Assembly: GCA_963836185.1 (NCBI GenBank)
Contig: CAWIIQ010000001.1
Location: 96,001 to 160,000 of the forward strand
Length of the DNA stretch: 64,000 nt
Direction of reading: 5' to 3'
From: Candidatus Krumholzibacteriia bacterium
GTDB taxonomy: Bacteria; Krumholzibacteriota; Krumholzibacteriia; Krumholzibacteriales; Krumholzibacteriaceae
Shown: positions 1 through 10,483 of the stretch, piece after piece
Position numbering within the stretch: position 1 is the first letter of the stretch
Layout of the letters: each line of letters opens with the position of its first letter
Notes under the pieces: generated by a model
The model's input: only the letters and a program-made list of their open reading frames with translations
Database searches by the model: none
What the model was told of the DNA's origin: nothing
Translations under genes and position numbers: made by a program

Positions 1-2
1 TC

Positions 3-284
3 GAGGGCGTGGAGTACAGGGCCGAGCTTAAGGGCAAGGCGCTCGTGATGGCTCTCGGTTATTCGCATCCGGTACGCTATGAGCCTGCCGAGGGCGTGGA
101 GATAGAGGTCGCCGACCCGAAGAAGATCGCGGTGAAGGGGATCGACAAGCAGAAGGTCGGACAGGCCGCAGCCGAGATACGCGGTTTCAGGCCTCCCGAG
201 CCTTACAAGGGTAAAGGTATTCGCTATGCCGGCGAGCAGGTTAGACGCAAGGCCGGTAAGACTGCAGTCGGTTCAGGCTTCTAG
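3..284 (+). CDS. rplF: 50S ribosomal protein L6 (5' partial)
   Basis: C-terminal signature [13 protein letters not shown]; directly upstream of L18. Confidence 0.97.
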   Translation, partial: EGVEYRAELKGKALVMALGYSHPVRYEPAEGVEIEVADPKKIAVKGIDKQKVGQAAAEIRGFRPPEPYKGKGIRYAGEQVRRKAGKTAVGSGF

Positions 285-369
285 CCTGGCCACAGCACAG
301 GGACGGAGGCGGGGTCGCCAGGCGAAGCGGCCCGTGCGCCCCGGCCGATGACAGGAGTTGGAAGAAGAG

Positions 370-804
370 ATGAGCAAGGCATACGAGAAGAGGCAGCAGA
401 GACTGAGCAGGAAGGTAAGGGTCCGCAAGAAGGTGCGCGGCACCAGCGAAAGGCCCCGCCTCTCAGTCTACAGGTCCCTCAATCACATCTACGCTCAGGT
501 GATCGACGACGATTCGGGCAAGACGCTCGCTTCGATATCGAGCCTGCGCCTGGAGGTGCCTGCCGTAGAGGCCGCGGAGGCTGCACCGGCGGAAGAAGAG
601 GGCAAGAAGGACAAGAAGAAAAAGAAAGAGAAGAAGCCCGAGGGACTCAAGGTGCGCCGCTCGCGCGCGGTCGGCAAGGCGATCGCCGAGAAGGCCACCG
701 GCCTCGGTATAAAGAAAGTCGTGTTCGACAGAGGCGGCTTTCTATATCACGGAAGGGTCGCAGCTCTGGCGGAGGCAGCCAGAAAGAACGGACTGGAATT
801 CTAA
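370..804 (+). CDS. rplR: 50S ribosomal protein L18 with acidic/Lys-rich internal insertion
   Basis: [16 protein letters not shown] and [14 protein letters not shown] motifs; ATG at 370 preferred over TTG at 358. Confidence 0.97.
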   Translation: MSKAYEKRQQRLSRKVRVRKKVRGTSERPRLSVYRSLNHIYAQVIDDDSGKTLASISSLRLEVPAVEAAEAAPAEEEGKKDKKKKKEKKPEGLKVRRSRAVGKAIAEKATGLGIKKVVFDRGGFLYHGRVAALAEAARKNGLEF

Positions 805-854
805 TTGAGACGGCTCGCGGGACTGCGGGCTGAACGCGCACGGGGGTGCGATAG

Positions 855-1511
855 TTGAACACAAGAGACAGAAGAGATTCCCGAAGGGACAACAGGCGTG
901 ACAGGCGTGACGACAGCGGTCCGGAGTATCTTGAGCAGACGGTTCACATCAACCGTGTGGCCAAGGTAGTCAAGGGCGGCCGCCGTTTCAGCTTCAACGC
1001 TCTTGTTGCCGTCGGCGATGGTATGGGCAAGGTCGGCATCGGCCTGGGTAAGGCGAATGAGATCAGCGATGCCATCCGCAAGGCCGGCGAAGCAGCTCGC
1101 AAAGCCATGATCACGGTTCCGATGATCGGGGGGACGATACCCTACAAGACGATCGGTCGGTATGGAGCTGCGAGGGTCCTGCTCAAACCGGCGGCTCCGG
1201 GAACCGGCGTTATCGCCGGCGGAGGCGTTCGCAGCGTTCTCGAGGTGGCTGGTGTGAGGGATATCCTCACCAAGTCGCTCGGCTCCAACAATCCGCACAA
1301 CATGGTGAAAGCCACGATGGTCGGTATCAAGAGCCTGAAGAGCGCGAAGGATGTCGCGAAGAGACGAAATATATCGGTGAGGAAGCTTTTCGCCCTCGAT
1401 GACAAACCGGCGCCAGAGGTCAAGGCTGAAGTCGAAGAGAAGCCGGCCGTTGAGGCCGCGCCTGTCGTCGAAGAGAAGGCTGCCGGGGATACCCCGGAGC
1501 AGGGCGAATAA
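855..1511 (+). CDS. rpsE: 30S ribosomal protein S5
   Basis: [15 protein letters not shown] and [12 protein letters not shown]; TTG start. Confidence 0.97.
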   Translation: MNTRDRRDSRRDNRRDRRDDSGPEYLEQTVHINRVAKVVKGGRRFSFNALVAVGDGMGKVGIGLGKANEISDAIRKAGEAARKAMITVPMIGGTIPYKTIGRYGAARVLLKPAAPGTGVIAGGGVRSVLEVAGVRDILTKSLGSNNPHNMVKATMVGIKSLKSAKDVAKRRNISVRKLFALDDKPAPEVKAEVEEKPAVEAAPVVEEKAAGDTPEQGE

Positions 1512-1565
1512 AGAGAGGCTTCCGGTAACGGTTTTCCTTTCTGGAGAAACGGACGAGGATTTGAG

Positions 1566-1853
1566 ATGGCCAAGAAACTGAAGATAACACAGGTGCGCAG
1601 TATCATCCATTCCCAGGAGAAGAAGCACAAGCGCGTGATGACTTCCCTGGGATTCACGAAGAACTACGCCACGCTGTACAAGAACGACAACGCCCAGATC
1701 AGGGGCATGCTGGCGAAAGTGCGCCACCTGGTCGAGGTCGAGGAGATCGAGGAAAAGGACGTGCCTGTTGCCGCCAGCCGGACCAAGGGCTATACGGTGA
1801 TAAAGGCAGCCACGAAGACAGGTAAAAAGGAGCCAGACGGAGATGAAACTTAA
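1566..1853 (+). CDS. rpmD: 50S ribosomal protein L30 with C-terminal extension
   Basis: LKITQVRS...[15 protein letters not shown]; lies between rpsE and rplO. Confidence 0.93.
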   Translation: MAKKLKITQVRSIIHSQEKKHKRVMTSLGFTKNYATLYKNDNAQIRGMLAKVRHLVEVEEIEEKDVPVAASRTKGYTVIKAATKTGKKEPDGDET

Positions 1854-2325
1854 CGAGATCAGCCCGGCAAAGGGTGCCGTAAAGAAAAGGAAACGGGTCG
1901 GATGCGGTCCCGGTTCCGGTCACGGCAAGACCGCCACGAGGGGCCACAAGGGGCAGAACTCGCGAAGCGGCGGAGGAGTTCCTCCCTGGTTCGAGGGTGG
2001 TCAGATGCCGTTGCAGAGGCGTCTGCCGAAGAGAGGGTTCCACAACCTTTTCAGAGTCAATTATCAGGTTGTCAATCTCGATGATCTTGCCAGATTCGAG
2101 AGCGGCACGAAGATAAACAGGGGCGTATTGATCGAGGCCGGCCTCGTGAAAAAGGCCACAGAGCCCGTAAAGATACTCGGACGCGGAGAGCTGAAGGTCG
2201 CCCTCGAAGTAGAGGTCGATGGTTTCAGCAGAAGCGCCGCGAAAGCGATCCGGGACGCGGGGGGCAGTGTTTCCCTCGTCTCCGGTAAGAACGTTCCAGT
2301 TCCTGAAGAGGAGGAGCGCCAGTAA
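1843..2325 (+). CDS. rplO: 50S ribosomal protein L15
   Basis: GSGHGKTATRGHKGQNSRSG and FEGGQMPLQRRLPKRGF. Confidence 0.98.
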   Translation: MKLNEISPAKGAVKKRKRVGCGPGSGHGKTATRGHKGQNSRSGGGVPPWFEGGQMPLQRRLPKRGFHNLFRVNYQVVNLDDLARFESGTKINRGVLIEAGLVKKATEPVKILGRGELKVALEVEVDGFSRSAAKAIRDAGGSVSLVSGKNVPVPEEEERQ

Positions 2326-3629
2326 TGCTTAAGAAGTTTCAGGATATATTCAGTATTCCGGAGCTCAAGAGGCGCATTCTCTTCACGATAGGCCTTCTTG
2401 TGGTCTACCGGATCGGCGGACACATCACGACACCGGGAGTCAACCCGCTTGCGCTGAGCTATTTCTTCGAGAGCCAGCGCGGGACGATCTTCCAGCTCTA
2501 CGATCTGTTTGCCGGCGGTAACCTCAGAAGAGCCACGATCTTCGCGCTGGGCATCATGCCTTATATCAGTGCGTCGATCATCATGCAGCTTCTCCAGGCG
2601 GTAATACCGTTCTTCGAGAAGCTCGCGAAAGAAGGCGAGGAAGGGCGCAAGAAGATCACGCAGTACACGAGGTACGGGACCGTCGTCCTGGCTCTCGTGC
2701 AGTCGGTCGGCATAACCGTGTTCCTGATGAACATGCAGCCGGGCGGTGTGCAGGTCGTCACGATGAATCCGCTGGCGTTCAGGCTCCTTACCATGCTTAC
2801 GATGACCGCCGGAACGATCTTCGTGATGTGGCTCGGGGAGCAGATATCCGAGCGGGGAATCGGAAACGGCATCTCGCTGATCATCATGATCGGTATCGTT
2901 GCCCAGTACCCGACATACTTCCTCAGCTCCTGGAGAGCTTTGAAGCTCGGACAGATCACTCCGCTGAGGCTGCTCGTGTTCGTTGTAGTGCTTGTGGGGG
3001 TCGTGGCCGCTGTGATCCTGATCACGCAGGGCCAGAGGAGGATACCGGTCCAGTACGCCAAGAGGATCGTGGGCCGCAAGGTCTACGGGGGTCGTTCCCA
3101 GTATATCCCGCTGAGGGTAAACACGGCGGGCGTTATCCCGATTATCTTCGCGCAGTCGATCATGGTCTTCCCGACGACGATCGCGTCGTTCTTCAATCTC
3201 GGTTTCATGGATACGTTCCAGCTCTATATGTCGCCGGGCACAGTGTTGTACATGACGATATATTCGCTGATCATTATATTCTTCACATACTTCTACACGG
3301 CGATCGTCCTCAATCCGGTCGATCTCGCCGACAACATGAAGAAGTATGGAGGGTTCATCCCCGGGATCAGGCCGGGAAAGAAGACGAGTGATTACATCGA
3401 CAGGATCCTCTCGAGGGTCACGCTCCCCGGAGCTGTGTTCCTCGCGTTTATCGCGGTTCTGCCCGATATCCTCTACCGGAGAGCCGGACTTCCGTTCTAC
3501 TTCGGCGGAACGGGCCTGCTGATCGTCGTCGGCGTTATGCTCGACACGCTCCAGCAGATCGAGACGCACCTCCTGATGAGGCACTACGACGGATTCATGA
3601 AGAAGGGCCGCCTGCGCGGAAGGCGTTAG
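2325..3629 (+). CDS. secY: Preprotein translocase subunit SecY
   Basis: IFALGIMPYISASII, WLGEQISERGIGNGISL, FIPGIRPG; about 10 TM segments. Confidence 0.99.
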   Translation: MLKKFQDIFSIPELKRRILFTIGLLVVYRIGGHITTPGVNPLALSYFFESQRGTIFQLYDLFAGGNLRRATIFALGIMPYISASIIMQLLQAVIPFFEKLAKEGEEGRKKITQYTRYGTVVLALVQSVGITVFLMNMQPGGVQVVTMNPLAFRLLTMLTMTAGTIFVMWLGEQISERGIGNGISLIIMIGIVAQYPTYFLSSWRALKLGQITPLRLLVFVVVLVGVVAAVILITQGQRRIPVQYAKRIVGRKVYGGRSQYIPLRVNTAGVIPIIFAQSIMVFPTTIASFFNLGFMDTFQLYMSPGTVLYMTIYSLIIIFFTYFYTAIVLNPVDLADNMKKYGGFIPGIRPGKKTSDYIDRILSRVTLPGAVFLAFIAVLPDILYRRAGLPFYFGGTGLLIVVGVMLDTLQQIETHLLMRHYDGFMKKGRLRGRR

Positions 3630-3656
3630 AAGGGCCCGCAGAAGAAAGTGAATGTA

Positions 3657-4304
3657 ATGGCCGCAAGGCATGTAATAATAATCGGCCCCCCGGGATCTGG
3701 CAAAGGCACGCAGGCTATGCGGGTCGCCGATCAGCTCGAACTCAGGCACCTCTCGACGGGGGACCTTCTCAGGGAAGGCGTTTCAGCCGGAACAGAGCTG
3801 GGCAAAAAGGCCGAGGAGTACATGAAGGCGGGGCTGCTCGTTCCTGACGAGATCATGCTCGGCCTGATAAGGGAACAGTTCGAGGCCCTCGAGGGCGGCG
3901 GCTGGATCCTCGACGGATTTCCCAGGACGCTCCCGCAGGCCGAGGCGCTTGCCGAGCTGCTGGATGAGAAGGGGCTGGGCATAGATATGGTCCTTCTCAT
4001 AGATGTCGAAAGCGAAGAGATTGTGGGCCGGCTGACCAGCCGCCGGATATGCGGCGACTGCAAGGCGGTCTATAACCTTTCGATGCTCCCCGACGGCGAT
4101 GACAGCGTCTGCGAGAAATGCGGAGGCAAGCTCGTGACAAGGCCGGATGACAGGGAAGAGACAGTCAGAAGGCGACTGAAAGTGTACGAGGAGCAGACTT
4201 CGCCGGTTCTGGAGTTCTACCGCAAGTCGCCAGGCGTGACGGAGATCGCCGGTACCGGGGATATTGACGAGATCACCGCGGAAATAGTCCGCGCGATGAG
4301 ATGA
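3657..4304 (+). CDS. adk: Adenylate kinase with Zn-binding LID
   Basis: GPPGSGKGTQA P-loop, LDGFPRT, CxxC...CxxC lid; alternative GTG start at 3648. Confidence 0.97.
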   Translation: MAARHVIIIGPPGSGKGTQAMRVADQLELRHLSTGDLLREGVSAGTELGKKAEEYMKAGLLVPDEIMLGLIREQFEALEGGGWILDGFPRTLPQAEALAELLDEKGLGIDMVLLIDVESEEIVGRLTSRRICGDCKAVYNLSMLPDGDDSVCEKCGGKLVTRPDDREETVRRRLKVYEEQTSPVLEFYRKSPGVTEIAGTGDIDEITAEIVRAMR

Positions 4305-5044
4305 TAAATATAAAGACCGAGCTGGAACTCGAGAAGATGAGAAAAAGCGGGGAAGTCCTCAGGGAGACCTTTTCCGTTCTCGAGAAGATGATCCGGCCCG
4401 GAGTGACGACCGCGGAGCTTGATGAGGCCGCAGAGGAGTACATGAGGTCGCGGAGCGGTATTCCCGCTTTCAAGGGATACCAGGGATACCCGGCGACGAT
4501 ATGCGCTTCGGTCAACGAGCAGGTCGTCCACGGCATTCCCGGCAAGCGTTCCCTCGAAGAGGGAGACATAGTCGGGATCGATATGGGAGTCGTTCTCGAG
4601 GAGTTCTACTCAGACGCTACGAGGACGTATCCCGTAGGGACGATATCGGAGGAAGCAGACCGCCTGATCAGGGTCACTAAAGAGTCTCTCGATCAGGGGA
4701 TAGAACAGGTGAGACCGGGAAATCACCTCTCCGATATCTCGCATGCGATACAGAAGCATGCTGAGAGCCACGGGTACTCGATCGTTCGGGCGCTTGTCGG
4801 TCACGGGATCGGACGGAGGATGCACGAAGAGCCCCAGATCCCGAATTTCGGCCCTCCCGGAAAAGGGCCGGAGCTCAAGGCGGGGATGGTCCTCGCGATC
4901 GAGCCGATGGTAAATGTCGGTACGCACGATGTCCTGACGCTCGAAGACAAATGGACCTTTGTTACGGTTGACGGGAAGCTATCCTGTCACTTCGAAGATA
5001 CGGTGGCGGTTACCGATAGCGGTTACCGGATCATGACCCGGTGA
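4301..5044 (+). CDS. map: Type I methionine aminopeptidase
   Basis: [39 protein letters not shown]. Confidence 0.98.
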   Translation: MINIKTELELEKMRKSGEVLRETFSVLEKMIRPGVTTAELDEAAEEYMRSRSGIPAFKGYQGYPATICASVNEQVVHGIPGKRSLEEGDIVGIDMGVVLEEFYSDATRTYPVGTISEEADRLIRVTKESLDQGIEQVRPGNHLSDISHAIQKHAESHGYSIVRALVGHGIGRRMHEEPQIPNFGPPGKGPELKAGMVLAIEPMVNVGTHDVLTLEDKWTFVTVDGKLSCHFEDTVAVTDSGYRIMTR

Positions 5045-5090
5045 CCATCGGCCACGCAAACCGCGGACGGATGTTAAACGGAAAGGCTGT

Positions 5091-5309
5091 ATGGCCAAAC
5101 AGAAGGGCATACCGGTAGAGGGAACGGTCGTCGAGGCGCTGCCCAACGCGATGTTCCGGGTCGAGCTCGAGAACAAGCATATCGTGCTCGCCCATGTTTC
5201 CGGGAAGATGAGGATGCATTTCATCAGGATCCTCCCGGGAGACAGGGTCGCACTTGAACTGAGTCCCTACGATCTTGGCAGAGGAAGGATCACATACCGG
5301 TACAAATAG
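5091..5309 (+). CDS. infA: Translation initiation factor IF-1
   Basis: [14 protein letters not shown]...[15 protein letters not shown]. Confidence 0.98.
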   Translation: MAKQKGIPVEGTVVEALPNAMFRVELENKHIVLAHVSGKMRMHFIRILPGDRVALELSPYDLGRGRITYRYK

Positions 5310-5397
5310 ACCCGGGTATCGGGACGGCCGGTAGACGATTCCACCGCCAGCGGCACGGAGAAGACTGTGCCAGCGGACCGGAAAGGATAGAACAGAG

Positions 5398-5511
5398 ATG
5401 AAGGTCAGAAGTTCAGTAAAGAAGATGTGCCCCAGCTGCAAGATTATAAAGCGCAAGGGTGTTCTGCGTGTCATATGCAAGAACCCCAAGCATAAGCAGC
5501 GACAGGGATAG
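5398..5511 (+). CDS. rpmJ: 50S ribosomal protein L36, Zn-ribbon type (not in ORF track)
   Basis: Hand translation [37 protein letters not shown]. Confidence 0.98.
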   Translation: MKVRSSVKKMCPSCKIIKRKGVLRVICKNPKHKQRQG

Positions 5512-5551
5512 GGGCTGCAGAAGTAACTGGGAATACGAAAGGAGAACACCT

Positions 5552-5923
5552 GTGGCGCGAATAGTCGGAGTCGATATACCCGACAACAAGCATGTTGAGA
5601 TCGCATTGACTTATATCTTCGGAATAGGTCGTACGAGTGCCGTCGAGATCCTTGAAAAGGCCAGGATCCCTTTGATGACAAAGACGAAGGAACTGACCGA
5701 CGAGCAGACAGCAAGGATCAGGGAGATCATCGAGAGTGATTACACGATCGAGGGTTCTCTCAGGACGGAAAGAACGATGAATATCAAGCGGCTGATGGAT
5801 ATCGGCTGTTATCGCGGTCTCAGGCACAGGCACGGGCTGCCCTGTCACGGTCAGCGGACGCATACGAATGCCCGCACCCGTAAGGGCCCCCGACATCGTC
5901 CGGGTTCAAAGAGGAAAAAATAG
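5552..5923 (+). CDS. rpsM: 30S ribosomal protein S13
   Basis: GTG start after AGGAG; ARIVGVDIP...[10 protein letters not shown]...[13 protein letters not shown]. Confidence 0.97.
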   Translation: MARIVGVDIPDNKHVEIALTYIFGIGRTSAVEILEKARIPLMTKTKELTDEQTARIREIIESDYTIEGSLRTERTMNIKRLMDIGCYRGLRHRHGLPCHGQRTHTNARTRKGPRHRPGSKRKK

Positions 5924-5983
5924 GGCTGATACGCATATTGAGGTCATGCCTCGATCTTGACGGTATTATTAGGGAGGTTTCAA

Positions 5984-6373
5984 TTGGCCCGTCCGCAGAA
6001 GACGAAGAAGAAAAAACTGAAGAAGGTGGATGCGTATGGCATCGCTCATGTTAAATCCACCTTCAATAACACCATCATAACGATAACGGACCGTGAAGGT
6101 GCCGTGGTCGCGTGGTGCAGCCCGGGAAAGGTCGGATACAAGGGCTCGAGGAAGAGCACGCCTTTCGCCGCGCAGCAGGCGGCCCAGACCGTCGCACGGG
6201 ACGCCCTCGCTATGGGGATGAAAAAGGTAGAGGCCTGGATCAAGGGCCCCGGACCGGGCAGGGAAGCAGCGATACGTTCGCTTCGTGCCGCTGGTCTCGA
6301 GGTATCCGGGATCAAGGACTGCACACCTATTCCTCACAATGGCGTGAGGCAGAAGAAACGCAGGAGAATCTGA
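5984..6373 (+). CDS. rpsK: 30S ribosomal protein S11
   Basis: TTG start after GGGAGG; [29 protein letters not shown]. Confidence 0.97.
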   Translation: MARPQKTKKKKLKKVDAYGIAHVKSTFNNTIITITDREGAVVAWCSPGKVGYKGSRKSTPFAAQQAAQTVARDALAMGMKKVEAWIKGPGPGREAAIRSLRAAGLEVSGIKDCTPIPHNGVRQKKRRRI

Positions 6374-6432
6374 CCCTCAAGAATTGGATCAAGAGGACGA
6401 TCGGCCCCGTTGGGCCGGGGAGGTAACTTTAA

Positions 6433-7062
6433 ATGGCGAGATACACAGGTCCCGCATGCAAACTCTGCAGAAGAGAGGGGACCAAGCTGTTCCTTAAAGG
6501 GGACCGTTGCTACTCCGACCGCTGCGCAATCGAGAAGAGGAACTATCCTCCCGGTGAGCACGGGCGCGCGAGATTCAGCAGGAGGAGTAACTACAGGATA
6601 CAGCTGAGGGAGAAGCAGAAGCTGCGCCGTATGTACCAGCTGCTTGAGCGTCAGTTCCGCAACTACTTCAAGGCAGCCGAGACGAGCAAGGGCGTAACCG
6701 GTGAGAACCTTCTCAGACTGCTCGAGCAGAGGCTGGACAATATGGTCTACAGGATGGGCTTCGCGCCTTCCCGTGCGACCGCGCGCCAGCTGATTCTGCA
6801 CAATCATTTCGAAGTAAACGGCAAGAGGGTCAATATCCCCTCTTACCAGCTTAGTGTGGGCGACCGTGTCGCTCCGAGGGAGAAGAGCAAAAACCTTCTC
6901 GTCATCGAAGAAACAATCAAGGGATACGGAAGCCGTGGAACGGTTCCCTATATCTCGGTCGATGTCAGTAAGAAGGAAGGGACCTACGCCGAGGAACCGA
7001 CGAGAGACGTCATACCGGTACCCGTCGAGGAAAACCTGATCGTGGAGCTTTACTCCAAGTAA
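6433..7062 (+). CDS. rpsD: 30S ribosomal protein S4 (Cys-containing type)
   Basis: MARYTGPACKLCRREG, QLREKQKL, LEQRLDNMVYRMGFA. Confidence 0.98.
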   Translation: MARYTGPACKLCRREGTKLFLKGDRCYSDRCAIEKRNYPPGEHGRARFSRRSNYRIQLREKQKLRRMYQLLERQFRNYFKAAETSKGVTGENLLRLLEQRLDNMVYRMGFAPSRATARQLILHNHFEVNGKRVNIPSYQLSVGDRVAPREKSKNLLVIEETIKGYGSRGTVPYISVDVSKKEGTYAEEPTRDVIPVPVEENLIVELYSK

Positions 7063-7106
7063 TCTGGCATAGGCGGCTCGCCAGCCGCGCAAGGAGGATT
7101 GCTTAG

Positions 7107-8102
7107 ATGAAATGGCGTAATCTATTAATGCCCAAAGAAATCGTGATGGACGAAAGTTCGTACGGCCCGAAATTCGCCAGCTTTAGTGTGGAGCCGCTCG
7201 AGCGCGGTTTCGGAAATACGATCGGGAACGCCCTTCGCAGGACGCTCCTGTCCTCGATCCAGGGGGCAGCCGTTACGGCAGTCAAGATCGACAAGGTGCA
7301 GCATGAGTTCAGTACGATAAAAGGCGTCAAGGAAGACGTGACCGACATCGTGCTCAATCTCAAGCAGATCATTCCCGTGATGCACTGCGATGATCCGAGG
7401 TTCCTGACCATCGATACGAACAAGAAGGGTGAGATCACCGCGGCCGATATCAACGAGGATGCGGAGATCGATATCCTCAACAAGGACCAGGTGATCTGCA
7501 CGTGCACCGAGAAAGCGAAGCTGAAGATGGAGATCCTCATAGGCCACGGGAGGGGATATGTTCCCGCTGAGGCCCACGTCCTCGAGGATTACGCGATCGG
7601 CCTGATACCGATCGATTCGAACTTCAGCCCCGTGACACTGGTCAACTATACGGTGAAGAATACGCGAGTCGGACAGAGGACCGATTACGATTCGCTTAAA
7701 CTGGATGTTACGACAAACGGAAGCGTCACTCCCGACGATGCACTCGGGTACGCGGCGAAGATCCTCAAGGATCACATGCTTCTGTTCATTCATTTCGAGG
7801 AGGAGCCGGTCGAGGAGATCGACGAGGTGGTCAACGAGGAATCGGAGAAGATGAAAGAGCTGCTCGAAAGAAGCGTCGAGGAACTCGAGCTTTCCGTCAG
7901 GTCCTCGAACTGTCTCAAGGCAGCGAATCTCAAGAATCTCGGCGAGCTCGTCACGAAGTCGGAGAGCGATATGCTCAAGTATCGCAATTTCGGCCGCAAG
8001 AGCCTCAAGGAGATAGCGGATATTCTCGACGGCATGGGACTTCACCTCGGGATGGACATCGATACCGCCGAACTGACTAAAAAGGACGAAGAGGAGAAGT
8101 AG
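7107..8102 (+). CDS. rpoA: RNA polymerase alpha subunit
   Basis: [22 protein letters not shown]; [15 protein letters not shown]...NFGRKSL. Confidence 0.99.
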   Translation: MKWRNLLMPKEIVMDESSYGPKFASFSVEPLERGFGNTIGNALRRTLLSSIQGAAVTAVKIDKVQHEFSTIKGVKEDVTDIVLNLKQIIPVMHCDDPRFLTIDTNKKGEITAADINEDAEIDILNKDQVICTCTEKAKLKMEILIGHGRGYVPAEAHVLEDYAIGLIPIDSNFSPVTLVNYTVKNTRVGQRTDYDSLKLDVTTNGSVTPDDALGYAAKILKDHMLLFIHFEEEPVEEIDEVVNEESEKMKELLERSVEELELSVRSSNCLKAANLKNLGELVTKSESDMLKYRNFGRKSLKEIADILDGMGLHLGMDIDTAELTKKDEEEK

Positions 8103-8104
8103 CA

Positions 8105-8734
8105 ATGCGTCACAACATTGACCACAAGAAGCTCGGCAGGACGGCTGCGCACCGCAAGGCGATGCTGAGCAACATGGTCACCTCTCTTTTCGAGAGGGAG
8201 AGGATCGAGACTACGACTGTAAAGGCCAAAGAAGCGAAGCGCCTTGCGGAGAAGATGATCACCTTCGCCAGGAAGGGCGATCTGTCCGCGAGGCGGCAAG
8301 TCGCCAGAACAGTGAAGGACCCCGTCGTCCTGAAAAAACTGTTCGACGACATCGGGCCGAGATATGTCGACAGGCCGGGCGGGTATACGCGTGTCCTGAA
8401 GACCGGCGTCCGCAAGGGTGACGCAGCTCAGACCGCGATCCTCGAGCTGGTCGGCAAGGACGACAAGCCCAGGGGAAAGAAGAAAACATCCCGAAAGACG
8501 CACCACAAGGTCGAGATCCCCGAGAGCCCCGTGATCGCCGCGAAGAGAGCGGCTGAGGAAGCCGAGAAGGCGGCTGCGAAAGAGGCTAAGGCTGCCGAAG
8601 AAGCGGCGAAGAAGGCAGAAGAGGAAGCGGCGGCTGCTGAAGCCGCGGCTGAGGAAGCTGCTGGGCCCGAAGCCGAAGAAGCGCCTGCCGAAGAGGCTGA
8701 GGCTCCCGCGGACGAAGAGGAAAAGAAGGAATAG
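8105..8734 (+). CDS. rplQ: 50S ribosomal protein L17 with long Ala/Glu-rich tail
   Basis: MRHN...[22 protein letters not shown]. Confidence 0.97.
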   Translation: MRHNIDHKKLGRTAAHRKAMLSNMVTSLFERERIETTTVKAKEAKRLAEKMITFARKGDLSARRQVARTVKDPVVLKKLFDDIGPRYVDRPGGYTRVLKTGVRKGDAAQTAILELVGKDDKPRGKKKTSRKTHHKVEIPESPVIAAKRAAEEAEKAAAKEAKAAEEAAKKAEEEAAAAEAAAEEAAGPEAEEAPAEEAEAPADEEEKKE

Positions 8735-8767
8735 ATCCAGCGAACACACCTGCCGTCTGGATCTAGT

Positions 8768-8800
8768 GAAAGCCGCCCGAAAACGGGCGGCTTTCCTTTT
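8768..8800 (+). terminator. Rho-independent terminator ending the alpha operon
   Basis: GAAAGCCGCCCG-AAAA-CGGGCGGCTTTC perfect 12-bp stem followed by CTTTT. Confidence 0.9.
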
Positions 8801-8836
8801 GGATAAAATTCCGGGAAATGGTATCTTTTCAGCCTG

Positions 8837-9778
8837 ATGGTCATTACCGACGTAATACTACCGATAGTCTTCATAGTCCTCCTGGGATTCCTTCTCAGGC
8901 GGTTCGGGGGGAAGTACGAGCACGCTTTCTCGAAGACCCAGCTCTACATACTCGGCCCGGCGCTTCTTTTCTCGGTGATGGCCCGCAACGACACCGGTTA
9001 CGGCCTTATTCTTCAGCTGCTGATCTACGTCATCATCCTCTCGGCTGGCCTGCTCCTGCTTACCCAGATGACCGGGAAGCTTGCCGGGGGAGGCAGGGTA
9101 GAACGCAATGCGATGTCGCTCGCCGGCGTCTTCACGAACAGCGGTTTCTACGGTATCCCCGTCTGCATGCTTGCATTCGGGGAGGAGGGGCTCAAGTGGG
9201 CGGCCCTCTATATAGTCGCATCGTCGACCGTCCAGTCGACGCTCGGTATATTCCTCGCCAGCGCGGGAAAGCAGAAGGCCACGGCCGCCCTGGCGACTGT
9301 CTTCAAGGTGCCCCTTATATGGGCGCTGATAGCAGGGCGCGTTCTCGCTGACGTCAACCTTCTTCCGCCGGAGCCCTTCATGGAGATGATCGATCTTCTC
9401 GGCCGCTCCGCCATCCCACTCGGCCTGCTCCTTCTCGGGATGCAGCTCGAGAGGATAGTGACCGGTGACGACACAGAGGCGGAATGCGTCAAGGAAGAGC
9501 AGCTGAGTTCCAGACGGCTGGTCTCTCTTGGTGTGGCGAGCGGTGTAATAAAGATATTCGGAGGGCTGGGCATAGCCCTGCTGATATTGAGGTTCTTCGA
9601 TGTCGACCCTGTTCTGAGAAATGTGATGCTCGTCCAGTCGGCGATGCCGACGGCAGTCAACGCGGTGGTCTACGCCACCGAATTCGACTGCAGGCCGAGG
9701 ATCGTGACAATCGGAATCCTCTCATCGACATTGATAAGTGTTGGAAGTATAACGATGATCCTGAGCTTTCTGGTCTGA
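8837..9778 (+). CDS. AEC (auxin efflux carrier / malate permease) family transporter
   Basis: About 10 TM segments; FTNSGFYGIPV and AMPTAVN crossover motifs. Confidence 0.88.
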   Translation: MVITDVILPIVFIVLLGFLLRRFGGKYEHAFSKTQLYILGPALLFSVMARNDTGYGLILQLLIYVIILSAGLLLLTQMTGKLAGGGRVERNAMSLAGVFTNSGFYGIPVCMLAFGEEGLKWAALYIVASSTVQSTLGIFLASAGKQKATAALATVFKVPLIWALIAGRVLADVNLLPPEPFMEMIDLLGRSAIPLGLLLLGMQLERIVTGDDTEAECVKEEQLSSRRLVSLGVASGVIKIFGGLGIALLILRFFDVDPVLRNVMLVQSAMPTAVNAVVYATEFDCRPRIVTIGILSSTLISVGSITMILSFLV

Positions 9779-10483
9779 TGGAATATTCAGATATGAAAAA
9801 GATATTATTCTCACCTGAAGACAGTGATTCCGCGGCCCGTTTTCTTGCCGAGTGCTCGAGACTCGCCGATGTAGGCCATGATGTCTCTGTCACGATTTGC
9901 GGGAAGCGGAGACGGTGAACGTGTTCCCGGCGAGACGGTCCTGGCGGAGATGGCGCAGGAAGGGATCGCTGCTGATCTCCTGTTTGAAAACCTCTCCGGC
10001 ATCGTAGAGATATCTCCATCGGACATGCTCATAAGGGCGAAGGGTGGCACACCTGTATCGGCGATAGCCGTGGCGGCGGAAGAGTCGATGCTCTGGTTCC
10101 CCCACTATGAAAGTTCCATAAAGAAGGAAATGACGATCGCTTCCCTGCTGATGGAGGCGCCTGTCCTGCCGGTGTCCGAAGAGTACGGAGGCCTGCGGGA
10201 ATATATCCTTTCAGTCGAGCTCGTCACGGGGAAGGGAGAGAGGGTCCGGTTCGGTTCGAGGTCGGTCAAGGATGTGGCCGGGTACGAGGTGATCGGAATG
10301 CTGCTCGGAGGGGGCGGAAGGTACGGGATGATCACTGAAGTGACCCTGAGGCTGATTCCGGGCAGGGGCAGGCAAGTAACAAGCCCTGGTGATCCGGCAA
10401 AAATAGAAGATAGTGAACCGCTTGAACGTATTACTGCGAATATTCAGAAAGTCTTCGATCCGGCGGGGATATTGAGATGGTAG
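9778..10483 (+). CDS. FAD-binding oxidoreductase, GlcE-like, with apparent frameshift at about 9901-9903
   Basis: KDVAGYE, GGGGRYGMITEVTLRL, FDPAGIL; ATG 9778 overlaps the AEC stop, and removing one G from GGG joins VSVTIC to GSGDG. Confidence 0.75.

Noticed and set aside
801-8105. Long antisense ORFs (e.g. 2064-3749, 7125-8105, 801-1727) and similar ones opposite typA and dpaL
   Set aside because: Shadow frames caused by GC-rich codon bias of well-supported sense genes; no recognisable motifs
8540-8730. GAAGCGGC/GAGGCT short repeats
   Set aside because: They encode the Ala/Glu-rich L17 tail and are not an independent element
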